From assembly GCA_001662655.1 (NCBI GenBank), contig KV460209.1: 64,000 bases of DNA; one strand, written 5' to 3'. This document shows, piece by piece, positions 22,098 through 34,147 of the stretch. Both the position numbers and the translations under genes were made by a program. A model generated the notes under the pieces. It worked only from the letters and a program-made list of their open reading frames with translations. It was not told the DNA's origin and did not search any database. Numbering within the stretch: position 1 is the first letter of the stretch; each line of letters opens with the position of its first letter. The DNA comes from Pseudogymnoascus verrucosus (taxonomy: Eukaryota).

Positions 22098-22660
22098 ATG
22101 GTAAATACCCCCTCTCGACTCTCAATCCTACACTCCAAACTCTCTCACGTCACCAAGGGAGACCTCACCAAGACCTCACAACTAACTCTCATCAGTCCAT
22201 GCGCATCGCCCCCGCCTCCGGCCACTCCTCCCTCCACTCCCACCTCGGTGCCAAATCCGCCGGCGCCCCCTCCGCCCCAGGTCTCCACGACACCCTCCGC
22301 GTAGGCCTCGGCCCAACCACCCACGGCTCCTCCGAAACCCTCCAACTCGACTCCGCCCACCCTCTCGAATCGCGTCTCGCACAATGGACCGCAACGCAGG
22401 ACAGCCTGAAGCTTGAGGGTCTGCGGAGGACATTCGGCATGGCGGAGCCGATTCGTCGGGGCATGGAGCTCAAGATCACGAGAGATGGAGAGTGGCGCCC
22501 GTTGGTGCTGGGAGGTGGACAGCCGAGTGTTCATGAGGATATTTTGGCGGGCAGGGATACGGGGTGTACCTGGGAGGATGTTTTCCAGGGGACGGAGATG
22601 AGGGGGGTGCAGGGCTTCCATGAGGAGTTGGAGACGAAGGTTAGGATGGGACAGCAGTAG
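22098..22660 (+). CDS. UMP1: Proteasome maturation factor Ump1; ATG-only first exon, intron 22101-22195
   Basis: HPLESRL..W, LRRTFGMAEPIRRGMELKI, HEDILAGRD..TWEDVF; ATG|GTAAAT..CTAAC..CAG|TCC. Confidence 0.9.
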
Positions 22661-23251
22661 ATGGGTGGTGAAGTGGAGGTTGTACGAATAGCCTGGCGGA
22701 TAGATGGAGCTACATGGTATTTGCAGGAAGCATTGGCGATGGTTTTCTAGGACGGGATAGGAATGCAAGGAGTCACAAATACATTTCTAGTCACAAGAAG
22801 GAAGAGCGGATCACAATCAGGGACGAAGACCTGAGAAAATGACCCGCTTGTCTATCATATGGAACACGATCCATTGAATAATTCATTCGCTGTGCCTTTG
22901 TAACACCCCATGGACCTCTCTGCCCTCCCATACCTGTACAATTTCAGAACCAAATGAAAAACAGTTCCCCTGCCAGTGCTAAACGAAGTGACGGCGCCCT
23001 ATGATGCTGAAGAAAACAATCCTGCGGTGTCATATGTGTCCGCTAATCGGGAACCCGAACGCCTGTACAGCCCATCCATGTATCATCCCCAGCCCCGTGG
23101 TATAAAGAATCTGCCATTGCCTCCTCACATCCGCGTGGGGGCCAAAGCAGAACTAGGGAGAATGGAGAGGCAAAATCCTCCGTCGTATGGTGTCGTTATA
23201 TCGCATTAAATGCTCGCATGTCGGATTAAATTCCTGGTTCGTCGTAACGTC

Positions 23252-24186
23252 TCATAGAATGACACAGCGTCCACACCCAGGCGTTGGTTCCGGCCGTTCG
23301 TGCTGTCTGGCTTCGGCCCTCTTCCGCTCTGTCTCCTCCTCATCCACTATGTCCTGAGGACGTACCGTCATATGTACAACATTCGTCGCAGTCTCGTTGA
23401 ATCTGCACTCTATTGATGGGGTTAGTCTAAAATCCCGTCACCCGGTTGGGCTGGGATTGCTTCCATACCTTTCAGCGCCACATTGTCATTCAACAACCGT
23501 CCAAAATAAATCAAACGGATACTGCTCGGGCTCGTAGGCTTAGCATCCCATTCTTCCCTCCACTCCTTCAGGATCAGCTCTTTCAGCATAATTACGCTGA
23601 TGCTGTATGGGTCCTTCTTGCCGGTCTCCGTAACACCCGGGATGGTCATTTGCCGCTTCAGTAGATACCGCTCGTCTACTCTGTATCCATGTCGTGCCCC
23701 AGACGTAAGGAGAAGCATGATATTGCAGACCGGATTCGCCACATCCGTTGAAGGCGATACGGTGCTGGCCAGCGGTTGTCCCTCATCCGCCGCCGTCTCG
23801 CCCGTGTTTGAACCCAGAGACAATGGCGCCGAACTGCTGATGACCTCCTTGCTCTTCTCCTCGCCGTCAATGGCAGTAGAGTCCTCTGACGACTGCATCG
23901 CTTCCTGGGCCTCGCTCAAGGTGGTTGTTGGTGCTGGTTCTTGTGGCGCTACAGCGACTGGCGGCTGCGCTGGGGTCTCCTCCATCTCCCTGTTTACCAT
24001 GCTGGACATCGGAGGTATCGGTCCAAATGGCGTGGGGATGTTCTTCGTGATGTCTGTTGTGACACTGCTCGTGCTTCTGGTCAGGTCGTCCAGCTCGATA
24101 GTGGCATTTGGACGTTGCCCCAGTGGTCGGGGATCGGACCCAGTGTTGTCGGGGCCTGAGACTTGGCGAGGGTGAAGCGACTCCAT
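23252..24186 (-). CDS. Membrane-anchored ubiquitin-fold protein (UBL3/MUB family) with C-terminal CAAX; intron 23468-23410
   Basis: LKELILKEWREEW..PTSPSSIRLIYFGRLL; spliced last exon NVVHMTVRPQD...GCGRCVIL-stop. Confidence 0.85.
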
Positions 24187-25057
24187 TGGTGGGTGGCCCA
24201 CGTAGAGCGCTCTAATCGATTACTCCGTATGTGAGTGTAGGGGTTTGTACCAGAGCTACGATGAAGTATACACTTTAGTGTCCTGCGATATCGAATGAAG
24301 AGCTTCGTATCGTAAGAATATCTATAATATATGGTAAGGCGCGTACATGTACTTTACAGTAGCACAGCAATCTGGAGCGGGGATGTGTGTGTCAGTGAGG
24401 TAGATGGAAGTAGTGAAGAGTACAAGAGTTCCAGTACACTGACACGCCTGAAACCTTGTACCTCTGTTGGCAATGACGGAGCGAGATAAACATGGCCAAA
24501 CGTCACAAATAGAGACACATACCCTCTGTGTACTCATACAAACAATCAAATCTACGCATACAGTCTATGGTTTCAAATCTGCAGCAATCAAAGCTATACG
24601 TCCCTAATGAATCCAGTTGCATCCTATCTTGCTCACCGCGATAAGCCTCTGCCTTGCTTTCACATGGGGCTGCATATATACTCTCAGATCACAGGTTTAT
24701 TGCGTGCCAACTTGTTTTCCAAGACACTCCCTGATTGGCTTTCAGAGTTATCTTGGTAAGTATAATGTGGTTTGGCTGGCTGGCTGGCGATTTCGGCATT
24801 TGGGTTCTTGCCACCGGCCAACTCGGAAGCGTATGGATTACTACACAAGCTTTCTGGCTTACGGGATATTTTCAGGGTCTTCGAATGAGATATGCAAGAC
24901 ATGGTCGCGTGTTGAAAAAAACTGCAATCTTCTGATCTGAGTCTATCTACTTGACTAATAACGTAGCATTTTCATTTCCTCGTGTATGTTCACGTAAACC
25001 TCGACCACCCACGACAATCTTCTTCAGCGTCGATCCATGGGAGGCATTCATGCCACC

Positions 25058-28000
25058 CTAGTTGCCCATCTTCATCATGATATAAGGAACTTCAACATCC
25101 TCCCCGCTCTCATCATCAGCGCAGATCTCAAAGATGACGTTCTTCTGGTGCTCAGGAACCGCCTTCTTCGATATCTGGGCCACAAGGTCACTGAGCTTCA
25201 GCTCATAGCGGTCCTTCAGCTTCGCAGGTGGGAAGAAGCTAGCGTACAGCAAGCTAACCCCGGAGCTCAGCATTGTGATATCAAGACCCTTCGCCTTAAA
25301 CATATCAATGAGCTCCCTGAGAGTGATATTGTCAACCTCAAACCTGTCCCACAGCTTGTCGACAGTGACGTCTCCGTTAGGCCCCTTGTAAGAACCCTTC
25401 GGGCTCGCAATTGGCTCGCTGAAACCGAAAAACGGCAATGCGAGGTTCACAAAGCCGTTCTTATACTGCTCAATGTCGTCCTTGCCGTCGAGGACCTTGT
25501 AGAGTTCAAGAATGACCAAGCCTGTTACCAGCGCAGTAGTTGTTGCAATGGCCGGAATAATCTTGCCAGCAATGAACTTTGTCTTGTGGCGGTCTGCAGG
25601 AGCGATCTTGTAGTTGTCAGCACGTAGGTTACTCGCAGCCGTGATGAAATCAATGTGGTAATTGGTGTCGTCGTCCTTCTCAAATTCAACAGGATACAAC
25701 TTAAATCCTGCCAAACTGCTTGGTGGTGGCAGGGTCTTCATGATCTCCTGCAATTCGCTACTATCATCAAATGATGAGTTTGCGGCCGGCGCATTTGGGT
25801 CCTATAAGGGTCAGTACTGAGATTTAGAGTAGCTTCAGAGGTTATGGCTACTTACGGGTTCGCTGTCGTCTGCCTGGATCTTGACGGCAGGGTTTGGTGA
25901 GAAGTCTGGGATAATCATGTTATCCAAGACCTTTTGGATAACCTGACCATCCGCATCTTTAGTGTTGATTCCGTAATTGAATGCGTGCAAATTAGCTCCA
26001 GCAATTACGAATCGGAGGTGCTCTTCGTTGTTTGGGTCGAATTTCAAAGGAGTTGGAGCACGCTTTGGTCCAGACCAAAATGGCACTCCACTGGATGAGT
26101 TTGAGTCCTTCGGGAAATTGTACAGAAGCTGCTGGATAGCGTTGTTGTACTGGTTTTCAAATTGAAGGCGCGCCCAGATGACGCAGTCCTCGAAGCTGAG
26201 GGGCTTATCAGTAACCAAGTAATCTCTAATGGTCTCCAAGGTTGCCTTCTCGTTGCCACCTTGCTTAAGAGTTGTATCGATATAGTTTGGCTGGCTGAGG
26301 TAGAGGTTGACCGTTTCGGCTGGCTTGACAAAGTACGATTCGAATAACTCGCGGCCCCACGCAATCGTGTGTTCGATTTTGTTTGGGAAGCTCTTGAGAG
26401 TGCACATCGGGAACGACTGCTCGGGCGGATCTTGCGAGCTCGAATAAGATTCCGACAAATGTGGCAGAATAACTTGTGTGTTCCCCTTAGTGCCCAGGGT
26501 ACCGCTCTCAAGCAGAGGCTTTCGGAAGAAGACGCAACGTCTATCGACGTATGTACGACCATCTACGTTGTCGAGAGCATTTGTGACGCCGTCGAGAGAT
26601 TCCCAGAACTCCTCGTTGAAGATGTGCTCGGTATCTTGGCCCACTCTGTCTCGCATGGTGACAATGTGGCCCTCTAGTGCTGGGTTCATGGCGACAACCG
26701 CTGCGGCAGCACTGTCGCTCTTCATCTTGCCAACATCCTTTGGTCGGAACAGGAACTGTCGGTTAAGATTGCTCTTCTCAATAGAATCCATGTCCGTCAC
26801 GCTTATTTTGCCCTTTGGCCCAGTTGCCAATCCAATCATTGCCCAGTTCTTGAGCATCTCGCATCCAATTGCACCAGCACCAACCAGGAACTCGTTGGTG
26901 TTTGCCAACTTCTCTTGGAAGTCCTTTCCGAACACAGCAATCTGGCCATCGTACCGGGAGTTTGTCGGTTTGCACAGCTCTTCCGAACGCTTGAAATTAG
27001 TGGGTAAAGACTCGAGGGAGTCGAAATAGAGCCACTGAACGATCGGGTGGAATTTGCCGGAGACGGCCTTTAGAACTTCCTGGGCCGCAAGGCCACCAAA
27101 GAAAGCAGCCATGGGGTTAAGGTCACCTTGAGCCTGGTAAGATAATTCCCTGATAAGCTTTTCATCGATTTCCACCGACAATTTCTCCCTTTCCACAAAC
27201 AACTTTGCGGAGCCAACTACAACTGCTGCGTCATCATCATTGTGTGGCCTTGGGAAGTGCCCATGGCCCTCAGCAAATGCGTGAAGAGCCTGGAATCCGA
27301 CGTGAAGCTGCTCAGGTCGGTCCATCTTTGCGTAGTCGGAAATGAGAAACTCTGGGGTTTTCAGGCATTCCGAAAATGGCTTGAAGTCGATAAACTTGGG
27401 CATTTTGACCTGCGTGTATATCCCCCCTGCCTTGTATTGACCTATACCAGAAACGTCGCCGATCGAGAAGGTGTAAGGCCCCTTAACCGTGATTTTACGG
27501 GGGTCTGAATTGTTGAGCGCTTCCATTCCTTGCAATTCCGTGAAGGTAACGTAATCGCCATCTTCTAGGCCATGCCTAGTCTCGTCGAGGGCAGAAACGA
27601 GGCCCTCTTCGTTGATACTAGCGACAATTCCGGACACTGGGGTTTCGCCACTTGTGTCGAGGACTGTGAATTGCTTGCCGAAATCGCAAAAGATAGATCC
27701 GAATAGGCCAAAGGTATCGGCAACGACGAGATAAATGCCCTTTTGGTGGCAGTAGTCACCAATAACTATTTGATCCTTGATCGGGGTGTCCGTGAGAACA
27801 ATCACTTGGAATTGGTCAAGTACGGCGAGATTTCCTGTCAAACTGGGCTCGTCAAGTACCGACACTGGAGTGTATGCGTTGAGCTCTGCCACGCGAGGGG
27901 CAGTAACGAGACCCCTCTCTTTGCCTACATCTTCGGCGTGAATGAAGAATTGCGAGGACAAGTCGGATATGGCTGCTGGTGTGCGGTCGTAGAGTGTAAG

Positions 28001-28195
28001 GCTCTTGACACCAGCAAGAGCAATGTTCTTGGCAACTTCGACTCCCAGACCCTTCAATCCCACGATGAGGACGTTCGACGCAGACATACGCTTCATAGCT
28101 TCATGTCCGAGGACATACAGCTGCCGGCTGTAGAGCGACTCGTCGATATCATTGTTGGCGGCTGAGGGGCCATCGACCTGCATTTTGGTCGCCAT
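25058..28195 (-). CDS. UBA1: Ubiquitin-activating enzyme E1; intron 25855-25802 (upstream AUG-less exon described in findings)
   Basis: [33 protein letters not shown], catalytic [28 protein letters not shown]. Confidence 0.97.
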
Positions 28196-29194
28196 ATCTG
28201 TTCCTGATTTTAGGCTGCTCTACAAATAACGATTAGTGACTGAATCTCATCTAGAAGCAAGTCGTCATGGACAACGAAAGCTGTCTTTCGCCACCAGCAT
28301 AGGTAGAGCTCGGCCATTTGCTTACCGTCAGGGTTCGTTTGACAAGTCGGGGTTCAGCCTCAGAGGAAGCCTTGCGTTTGCCCTGCTGGGTCACACCTTC
28401 GGTGTCTGTGATGGATGGAATTTTGAAGGTCTAGCCAGTGGCCGAGACAGCTGGGGATATGGTTTCGATCCGGATGTAATGAACACTTTGCCCAAGGTAA
28501 GTTTCGTAATACCCCACCTCCGTCTCAGAGTGACGTCTCGGAATGTATGACGACGGGGTACAATGTTCAAATCGGACGACAGATATTATATGGGAAAAGG
28601 AATCAAAGGCGGCAGTTGTGGCTCGCAAGAAGGAAGAAGTTTGAATATCCTAGAAGTTGTACTTCAAAAGGTGTGTGGTGATGTAAGTTGCGGTACAGCT
28701 GGGAGGTACTCTTTGTCTTGACTCAGGTAGGTGTGCAGGGAAGGTGCTGGAGCTGTGCTTACATAGAGGGATGGATGGATGTCCCCGCCTTTGCTGCCTT
28801 ACGGGACAAGAGGGGTTGCCTTATGCGCGTCAACCTGGTGATTATCGATAAGCGACGATAAGGAATCCCGCACCGCGTTCGGATGACGCGACGAACATTA
28901 TATGAGAGAGAGCACAACCTGTGACCAACTGACTTTTCCTGGGATCAATGGCAATGTGTTTATGAGGATATCAACGTAGTTCAAATCTGGAGGTTCTGAC
29001 CTTCTGTGCCCTTAATATTACGACAACTAGCCCGGCAGAAGATGTGGTGTTGACCAATGTGTCGGTTCGAATTGCTGGGATCCACCATCTTGCTATTTCA
29101 CGCCATCTTTGGGAGGAAAGGACAGACTTATAACTCTAAGTCGTAAGCCAATTCAAATCATTAACGTGTGCATTTTTAACGGCTCTTATAGACC

Positions 29195-31414
29195 ATGTTA
29201 CACGAGATCATCCTCTCCCTCAGCGGCCATCCCTCTCCCCTCCTTACAGCCGGCAGTTCAAATGGGTCCTCCGACCTCCTCTCACCCCCCGAGAAGGCCC
29301 TCCTAGCCTCCATTGCACATCTTAGTAACTTGCATTGCAAGTTGCTTTCCCATACGGATAGCATATCTTCCAGAAGCCAATCCAGCATCTGCCAAGCCGT
29401 CGCAACGTCAATCCGATCCACACACCTCGTTATGTTCCAGCAGAAGGTTTTGGATGTGGAAAGCAGTATCCTTCAGAAGGACTCTGGAATTGTCGGCGCT
29501 TACAATGTAGTCCCACTCACTGCTATTACTGGGCAGTTTTTAGAATGGACCAGACGCATGGAATGGTTCTGGGAGATTACAGAATTTATGGAAACGGATG
29601 GTTGCACAGGGTCTGGCATTATTAACAGGCTATGTGTTGAGATGCAGACGGGGTACTCAGACATTGAGCAGGTTGCGTCAAGTCTTGTGCAGGTTGCTGA
29701 GAGCGCTTGGCTCAAGCAAGCATCTTGCTGGATTTTACATGGGCGCCTCCCTGCCTTCGGCGAACACGATTTTTTTGTCTTTGAAGGAGAAAACGGTGAG
29801 TACGAGATAAAGCAGGAATTACGTCCAGACTTCATAAGTAGGTCAACAGCAAGTTCGATTCTGTTCGTTGGGAAATCACTCACGCAGATTCGAACCAAAA
29901 ACGCCAAGTCTGCAACCAGCATCGCGGCTCTCCTTCCAAAGCACTTGCAACTACTATCATCAATCCCATATCCCATCTCGACATCCAATCTCTCGACTTG
30001 CATCACGTCAATTCGAAAGAGCCTTTCACAATCTGCTCTCCAGGAGTTACTACCTCTCTCAAAAATCATACAAATTCTAGCGTTATTCCATGATTTCTTC
30101 TTGCTCAGCCGCGGAGAGTTCGCGGTTGCGATAATAAATGAAGCGGATGAGAAGATAAGGTCCCGATGGCGCCGATCAGATAACCTAGCCTTTGAGAAAC
30201 GAAGTGGACTAAGCGACGTTGTTGTTAAGGAAGGTGAGGTGGCAGCAGTGCTGGCACGTACGTGGGCAGCAATATCAGCTCTACATGGTCTGAATGACGA
30301 GGATGAGGATCAATTAGAACTTGCCAGGAGTTTGATGGATCTTCGAATCGTGAAGCCCAAAAAAGAAGATGCGAGCTTGTCCAAAGCAAACCCGACGCCA
30401 TTCAGCACCTTGCTTTTATCAGTCCCAACTAGTTTATCGTTGAAGATACCATCACCACTGGACCTATTTTTAACTTCGAAAGAAGTAGATATATACGCAG
30501 ACATCCATACTTACCTTCTTTGCATCCGTCGGGCGCATATACGACTCTCCGACTTGTGGAAAATCACATCTCTTCGGAGAGACCACCCTCCACCACCTCC
30601 ACCGCCACTCGGAAGCACACCCCATGGCCGAGCAGCAACAATAAAGTTGCGTCAACGTGGGAAATCACGGAGTAGGCAAATGCGTAGGGTGTGGGCAACA
30701 AGTAGCGCCGGATTATATCTCCTTGGCGAATTAGAGGCATACTTCCACGGCGAGGTCGTGAAGGGGACTTGGGAGAGCTTACAGGAGTGGCTAAATGGCC
30801 CTATGCCTGCTTCAGCATCGACATCAGGCGCGGTTCCAGGTGCGGATGAAGATTCCGATGAGGATATTTGGGCAGCTGCTGGAAAAGAGCTACCAGACAC
30901 CAAACCCAACGACCATTCTCACGACCCCCAAACTATCTCAGTTGCCCATCAACGCTACCTTTTGTCTCTCAAACACCAACTTCTACTCACCTCGCCATCC
31001 TTCACCGATCCCTTATTCCAACTTCTGCAACAGATAGACCACCTTGTTGCACTGGTACATCGGATTAACTCGGTTTGGTCATCGCTCGATCTCGAAACAG
31101 ATGAAGGTGTCATCGACGCATTCTCTGACTTCCACAAGGAGGAGACAGACGTTCAAGGCCAACTTGTATTGGCGGCGCAGAACGTAAAGGAAGCCATCAA
31201 TGTGCTGATCCTGAGCTTGAGAGATATAGATCTTGACGTTGAAGGGCGAGAGAAGAGGCTTGAGCAGCTTGAGGCGGAGATTGTGGATGTGGACCTGAGT
31301 GGGGAGGATATTTATAAACCTAGGAAGGTTGGGAGGGTCGATAGACTACTGATGAAACTAGATTTTGGAGGATGGCTTGCTCCATTAGATACCGACGAAG
31401 GAGACTTCGAGTAA
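29195..31414 (+). CDS. Gamma-tubulin complex component, Spc97/Spc98 family (GCP4-like)
   Basis: MLHEIILSLSGHPS start, WILHGRL, ILFVGKS, FFLLSRGEF, RLLMKLDF; probable 5'UTR intron 29143-29191 just before ACC-ATG. Confidence 0.85.
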   Translation: MLHEIILSLSGHPSPLLTAGSSNGSSDLLSPPEKALLASIAHLSNLHCKLLSHTDSISSRSQSSICQAVATSIRSTHLVMFQQKVLDVESSILQKDSGIVGAYNVVPLTAITGQFLEWTRRMEWFWEITEFMETDGCTGSGIINRLCVEMQTGYSDIEQVASSLVQVAESAWLKQASCWILHGRLPAFGEHDFFVFEGENGEYEIKQELRPDFISRSTASSILFVGKSLTQIRTKNAKSATSIAALLPKHLQLLSSIPYPISTSNLSTCITSIRKSLSQSALQELLPLSKIIQILALFHDFFLLSRGEFAVAIINEADEKIRSRWRRSDNLAFEKRSGLSDVVVKEGEVAAVLARTWAAISALHGLNDEDEDQLELARSLMDLRIVKPKKEDASLSKANPTPFSTLLLSVPTSLSLKIPSPLDLFLTSKEVDIYADIHTYLLCIRRAHIRLSDLWKITSLRRDHPPPPPPPLGSTPHGRAATIKLRQRGKSRSRQMRRVWATSSAGLYLLGELEAYFHGEVVKGTWESLQEWLNGPMPASASTSGAVPGADEDSDEDIWAAAGKELPDTKPNDHSHDPQTISVAHQRYLLSLKHQLLLTSPSFTDPLFQLLQQIDHLVALVHRINSVWSSLDLETDEGVIDAFSDFHKEETDVQGQLVLAAQNVKEAINVLILSLRDIDLDVEGREKRLEQLEAEIVDVDLSGEDIYKPRKVGRVDRLLMKLDFGGWLAPLDTDEGDFE

Positions 31415-31581
31415 ATGCTATGTCTGGAACAAGTGTGGGGATATATTGCTGTGGGGCTACAGGGCTGTGTATGACTTTAATGAACCAAATATACATATTT
31501 ATATACATATTGTGGGTTCTCCTGATGCTTAACATTTTATTTTGCTACCAGATGCTTTGTATCTTATATGCCAATGATGCT

Positions 31582-33018
31582 TTAAAGTATCGACTTCCTC
31601 AGAAGCGGTCCAACCTGCTTCCGGCTCATCCCCAAATTATTTTGAACCCAGCAACGCCTCCACTGGGTCTTGCTATCTATACTATCCAACCTGCCAGATT
31701 CCCAGCCCTGTAATCCAAGTTCCTCGCTCGCCATCTTTTCAAAGGTCTTCGCCGCCTTCACACCAGCTTCATCTAGGCCCAACAGCAGTATCTCGCGGCT
31801 ATACTGGCCGTTATGCGTGAACGACGTCATCACAGCGCAAACAGATAGTTTCCGCGCTTCAGCAAAGGCGTGAACTTCTTTCCAGAAGGACTCCTCATTC
31901 TTGACCTTATCAAGAAGGAAGCGCACATCTTTTATAGCACTTGACATTCCCAGGTTGACGCCTTGGCCTTCGGTCCACTGCTTGTAGTCCTTCCGGAGGA
32001 TATCATTCAGACTTAGGTCATCGATGGCTTCCTTTGCGTCGTTGATCTCGGTGTAATAGAAATCTCTACCATATCTGTCTGGCGATGAACTTCGAGGGAT
32101 TTTCTCCAAGGTTTCGGCAGCAGTTATATCATGCTTGGTAACCTTGTTCTTATTCTTCAGATTTGCCGTGTCGATTAACACGGGGGCTAGATCATATTTG
32201 TCTGGCGATGAACTTCGAAGGATTTTCTCCAAGGCTTCGGCAGCAGTTATATCATGCTTGGTAACCTTGTTCTTATTCTTCAGATTTGCCGTGTCGATTA
32301 ACACGGGGGCTAGAGCTATTCTTGCCCACGCACTGTCGTAGTTAGCGGCTTCGTCACCATGTGACAGCTTATCCCAAGCTTCTTTGCAGTGGTTCACAAT
32401 GAGACTTGCACAGCTGCCAGCCTTTTCGACTATCCTTGGCTCAGAGCCACAGTCTTTGGGAACCTTGTTTTCCTCGTCATGGTGGTCGATGCAGCCAACA
32501 ACCCGATCACCGTACACCTGTCCAAGCTCGCCTTGGAGTGAGTTGTGATCTACAAGAAGCCATCTGGTCTTCTCCGGGGAAAGCAACGCTGTCCGTTTGG
32601 AGGGGTGAGGTAGATCAGTGAGCGTGATTAGCTCGCTAGTTTTGATTCCCGCATGTGACAGGATCGGGCCCAGCTCTGTCCGTAGAGAAACATCAGCAGC
32701 GGGAATGTTGGCTATAGGGACATGTACATTCGGCGGTATTGATGTATATGTTCTAATGTAGGCGTAGGCAATAGCACTGCATATGGAATCAAGATCTGTC
32801 TCTCGTCAGACCAACTCGTATAGCACGTGAAAGCACAAGGATGACAAGATAATGCAAGCGCAGATCATATGCAGTGGAAAATTGGGAGCAATAAGGTCTT
32901 TACCAGCGGATTCGTTTCCAACAACAAACGTGATGGGCTGCGCATGTTGAGCACCAGTATTCAAAGTAGCCTTGGCCGTAGCAAGGAACGAATTCAAGGA
33001 CACCCTAGGTAACGCCAT
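31582..33018 (-). CDS. PPX1: Exopolyphosphatase, DHH/DHHA2 (Prune family); intron 32903-32796
   Basis: GNESA|DLDS, LVDHN, CIDHH, GSCASL, IDTAN, LRKDYK, SRKQVGP. Confidence 0.92.
32070..32314. repeat. 123-bp in-frame tandem duplication inside PPX1
   Basis: 32070-32191 and 32193-32314 differ at 3 positions. Confidence 0.95.
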
Positions 33019-33590
33019 GGCTGGATTGTTGCGTTGTAACGGGATCTATGGGGCGGACTTTCATGCCCTCCAACTAATATACAGGGTTGGACCTGATGCC
33101 GAGGTCCTAAATGGTATGGTTTGAAATATAGTGAGTTCATTGGGGAGCAAATCCGCGTCTGGGGTACCGATCCCTTCCCGTTTCGGCTAGCAACGAACTC
33201 TAATTCGACCCCGACATGCACATGAATCTAGACTCCGATTATGCCCGAAAGTAATCCTGCTATCATATGGGAATTTGAAAGAGGGGTTTGTGGGATATAT
33301 TGGGCTCTAGTCGCTCGTAAACAAACTCTCATGAGTTACTCCGTCAACTGATTCAATAAAATCATTCTTATTTTTTGGGAATACAATAATTACAAGAAAA
33401 TATACACATTTGTTTGCTATCCCAGGGCATGAGTCTGGTTTCTCATGACTCTCCTCCCACTTATAAGCCAGTATAAAGAAGGCACATAAGCCGTTCACCT
33501 CACACAAAGCAACTACGAATCAAATCTGATAGCATAGCTACTTATCATATCTACGCCTACTACGCATAGTCCACCAACCCGCCATTCAAC

Positions 33591-33953
33591 ATGTCCTCTC
33601 AAGCCTCCACTGACACGGACGACACGTGCTGCCACATCTGCGAGAGAATGAATTTCAGAGATCCAGCCTGGAAGCAGTATGTCCCATCAAGCCACTGTGT
33701 GCTCTGCGATCGCCCCTTCTGCAATGTTCACCAGGAACAAACCGAGGACGACGGCGACGTCTGTGAAGCGAACCACGGAACGTACTATAAGGTCCACCAC
33801 CACATGCTTCCTGGAAAGGTGTTCACGAGCAAGCAGGAGCGACAAGAAGAGCTGGGAGAGGAGGTCATCGCACGCCAACAGAGAGAGAGAAAGGAAAGCA
33901 TCGGCTGGACACCCCAGGACAACGAGGATGATAGCAGGCGCGTTTCCCTTTGA
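33591..33953 (+). CDS. Small Cys/His-rich hypothetical protein (putative zinc finger)
   Basis: 120-aa single-exon ORF with a strong start context (TTCAAC ATG) and upstream TATAAA; CCHIC..CVLCDRPFCNVH..CEANH. Confidence 0.65.
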   Translation: MSSQASTDTDDTCCHICERMNFRDPAWKQYVPSSHCVLCDRPFCNVHQEQTEDDGDVCEANHGTYYKVHHHMLPGKVFTSKQERQEELGEEVIARQQRERKESIGWTPQDNEDDSRRVSL

Positions 33954-34147
33954 TTCTGCAGCGAGCACGCGATGGATGAAGCTGGTCAATTAGGTAGCGA
34001 ACCGTGTGCCTGACTTTATAGCTCTATGCATTATCTTTGACATGAGTCTATATTCCCGTGCAATATTGTGCCATCCTCCAAGCCTATATCATGCAATTCG
34101 TCACACCCCACAACCAAAGACGAAGCGTCTATTACGCTCATATCGAT

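Noticed and set aside
24200..25030. Short ORFs between UBL3 and UBA1
   Set aside because: Mostly non-ATG starts and no motifs; the region is best read as the UBL3 leader/promoter and UBA1 3' UTR.
25753..25855. Apparent frameshifts or split ORFs in UBA1 (also MLH1, RPN1, GST, ASA1)
   Set aside because: Explained by canonical spliceosomal introns that restore the frame; these are not pseudogenes.
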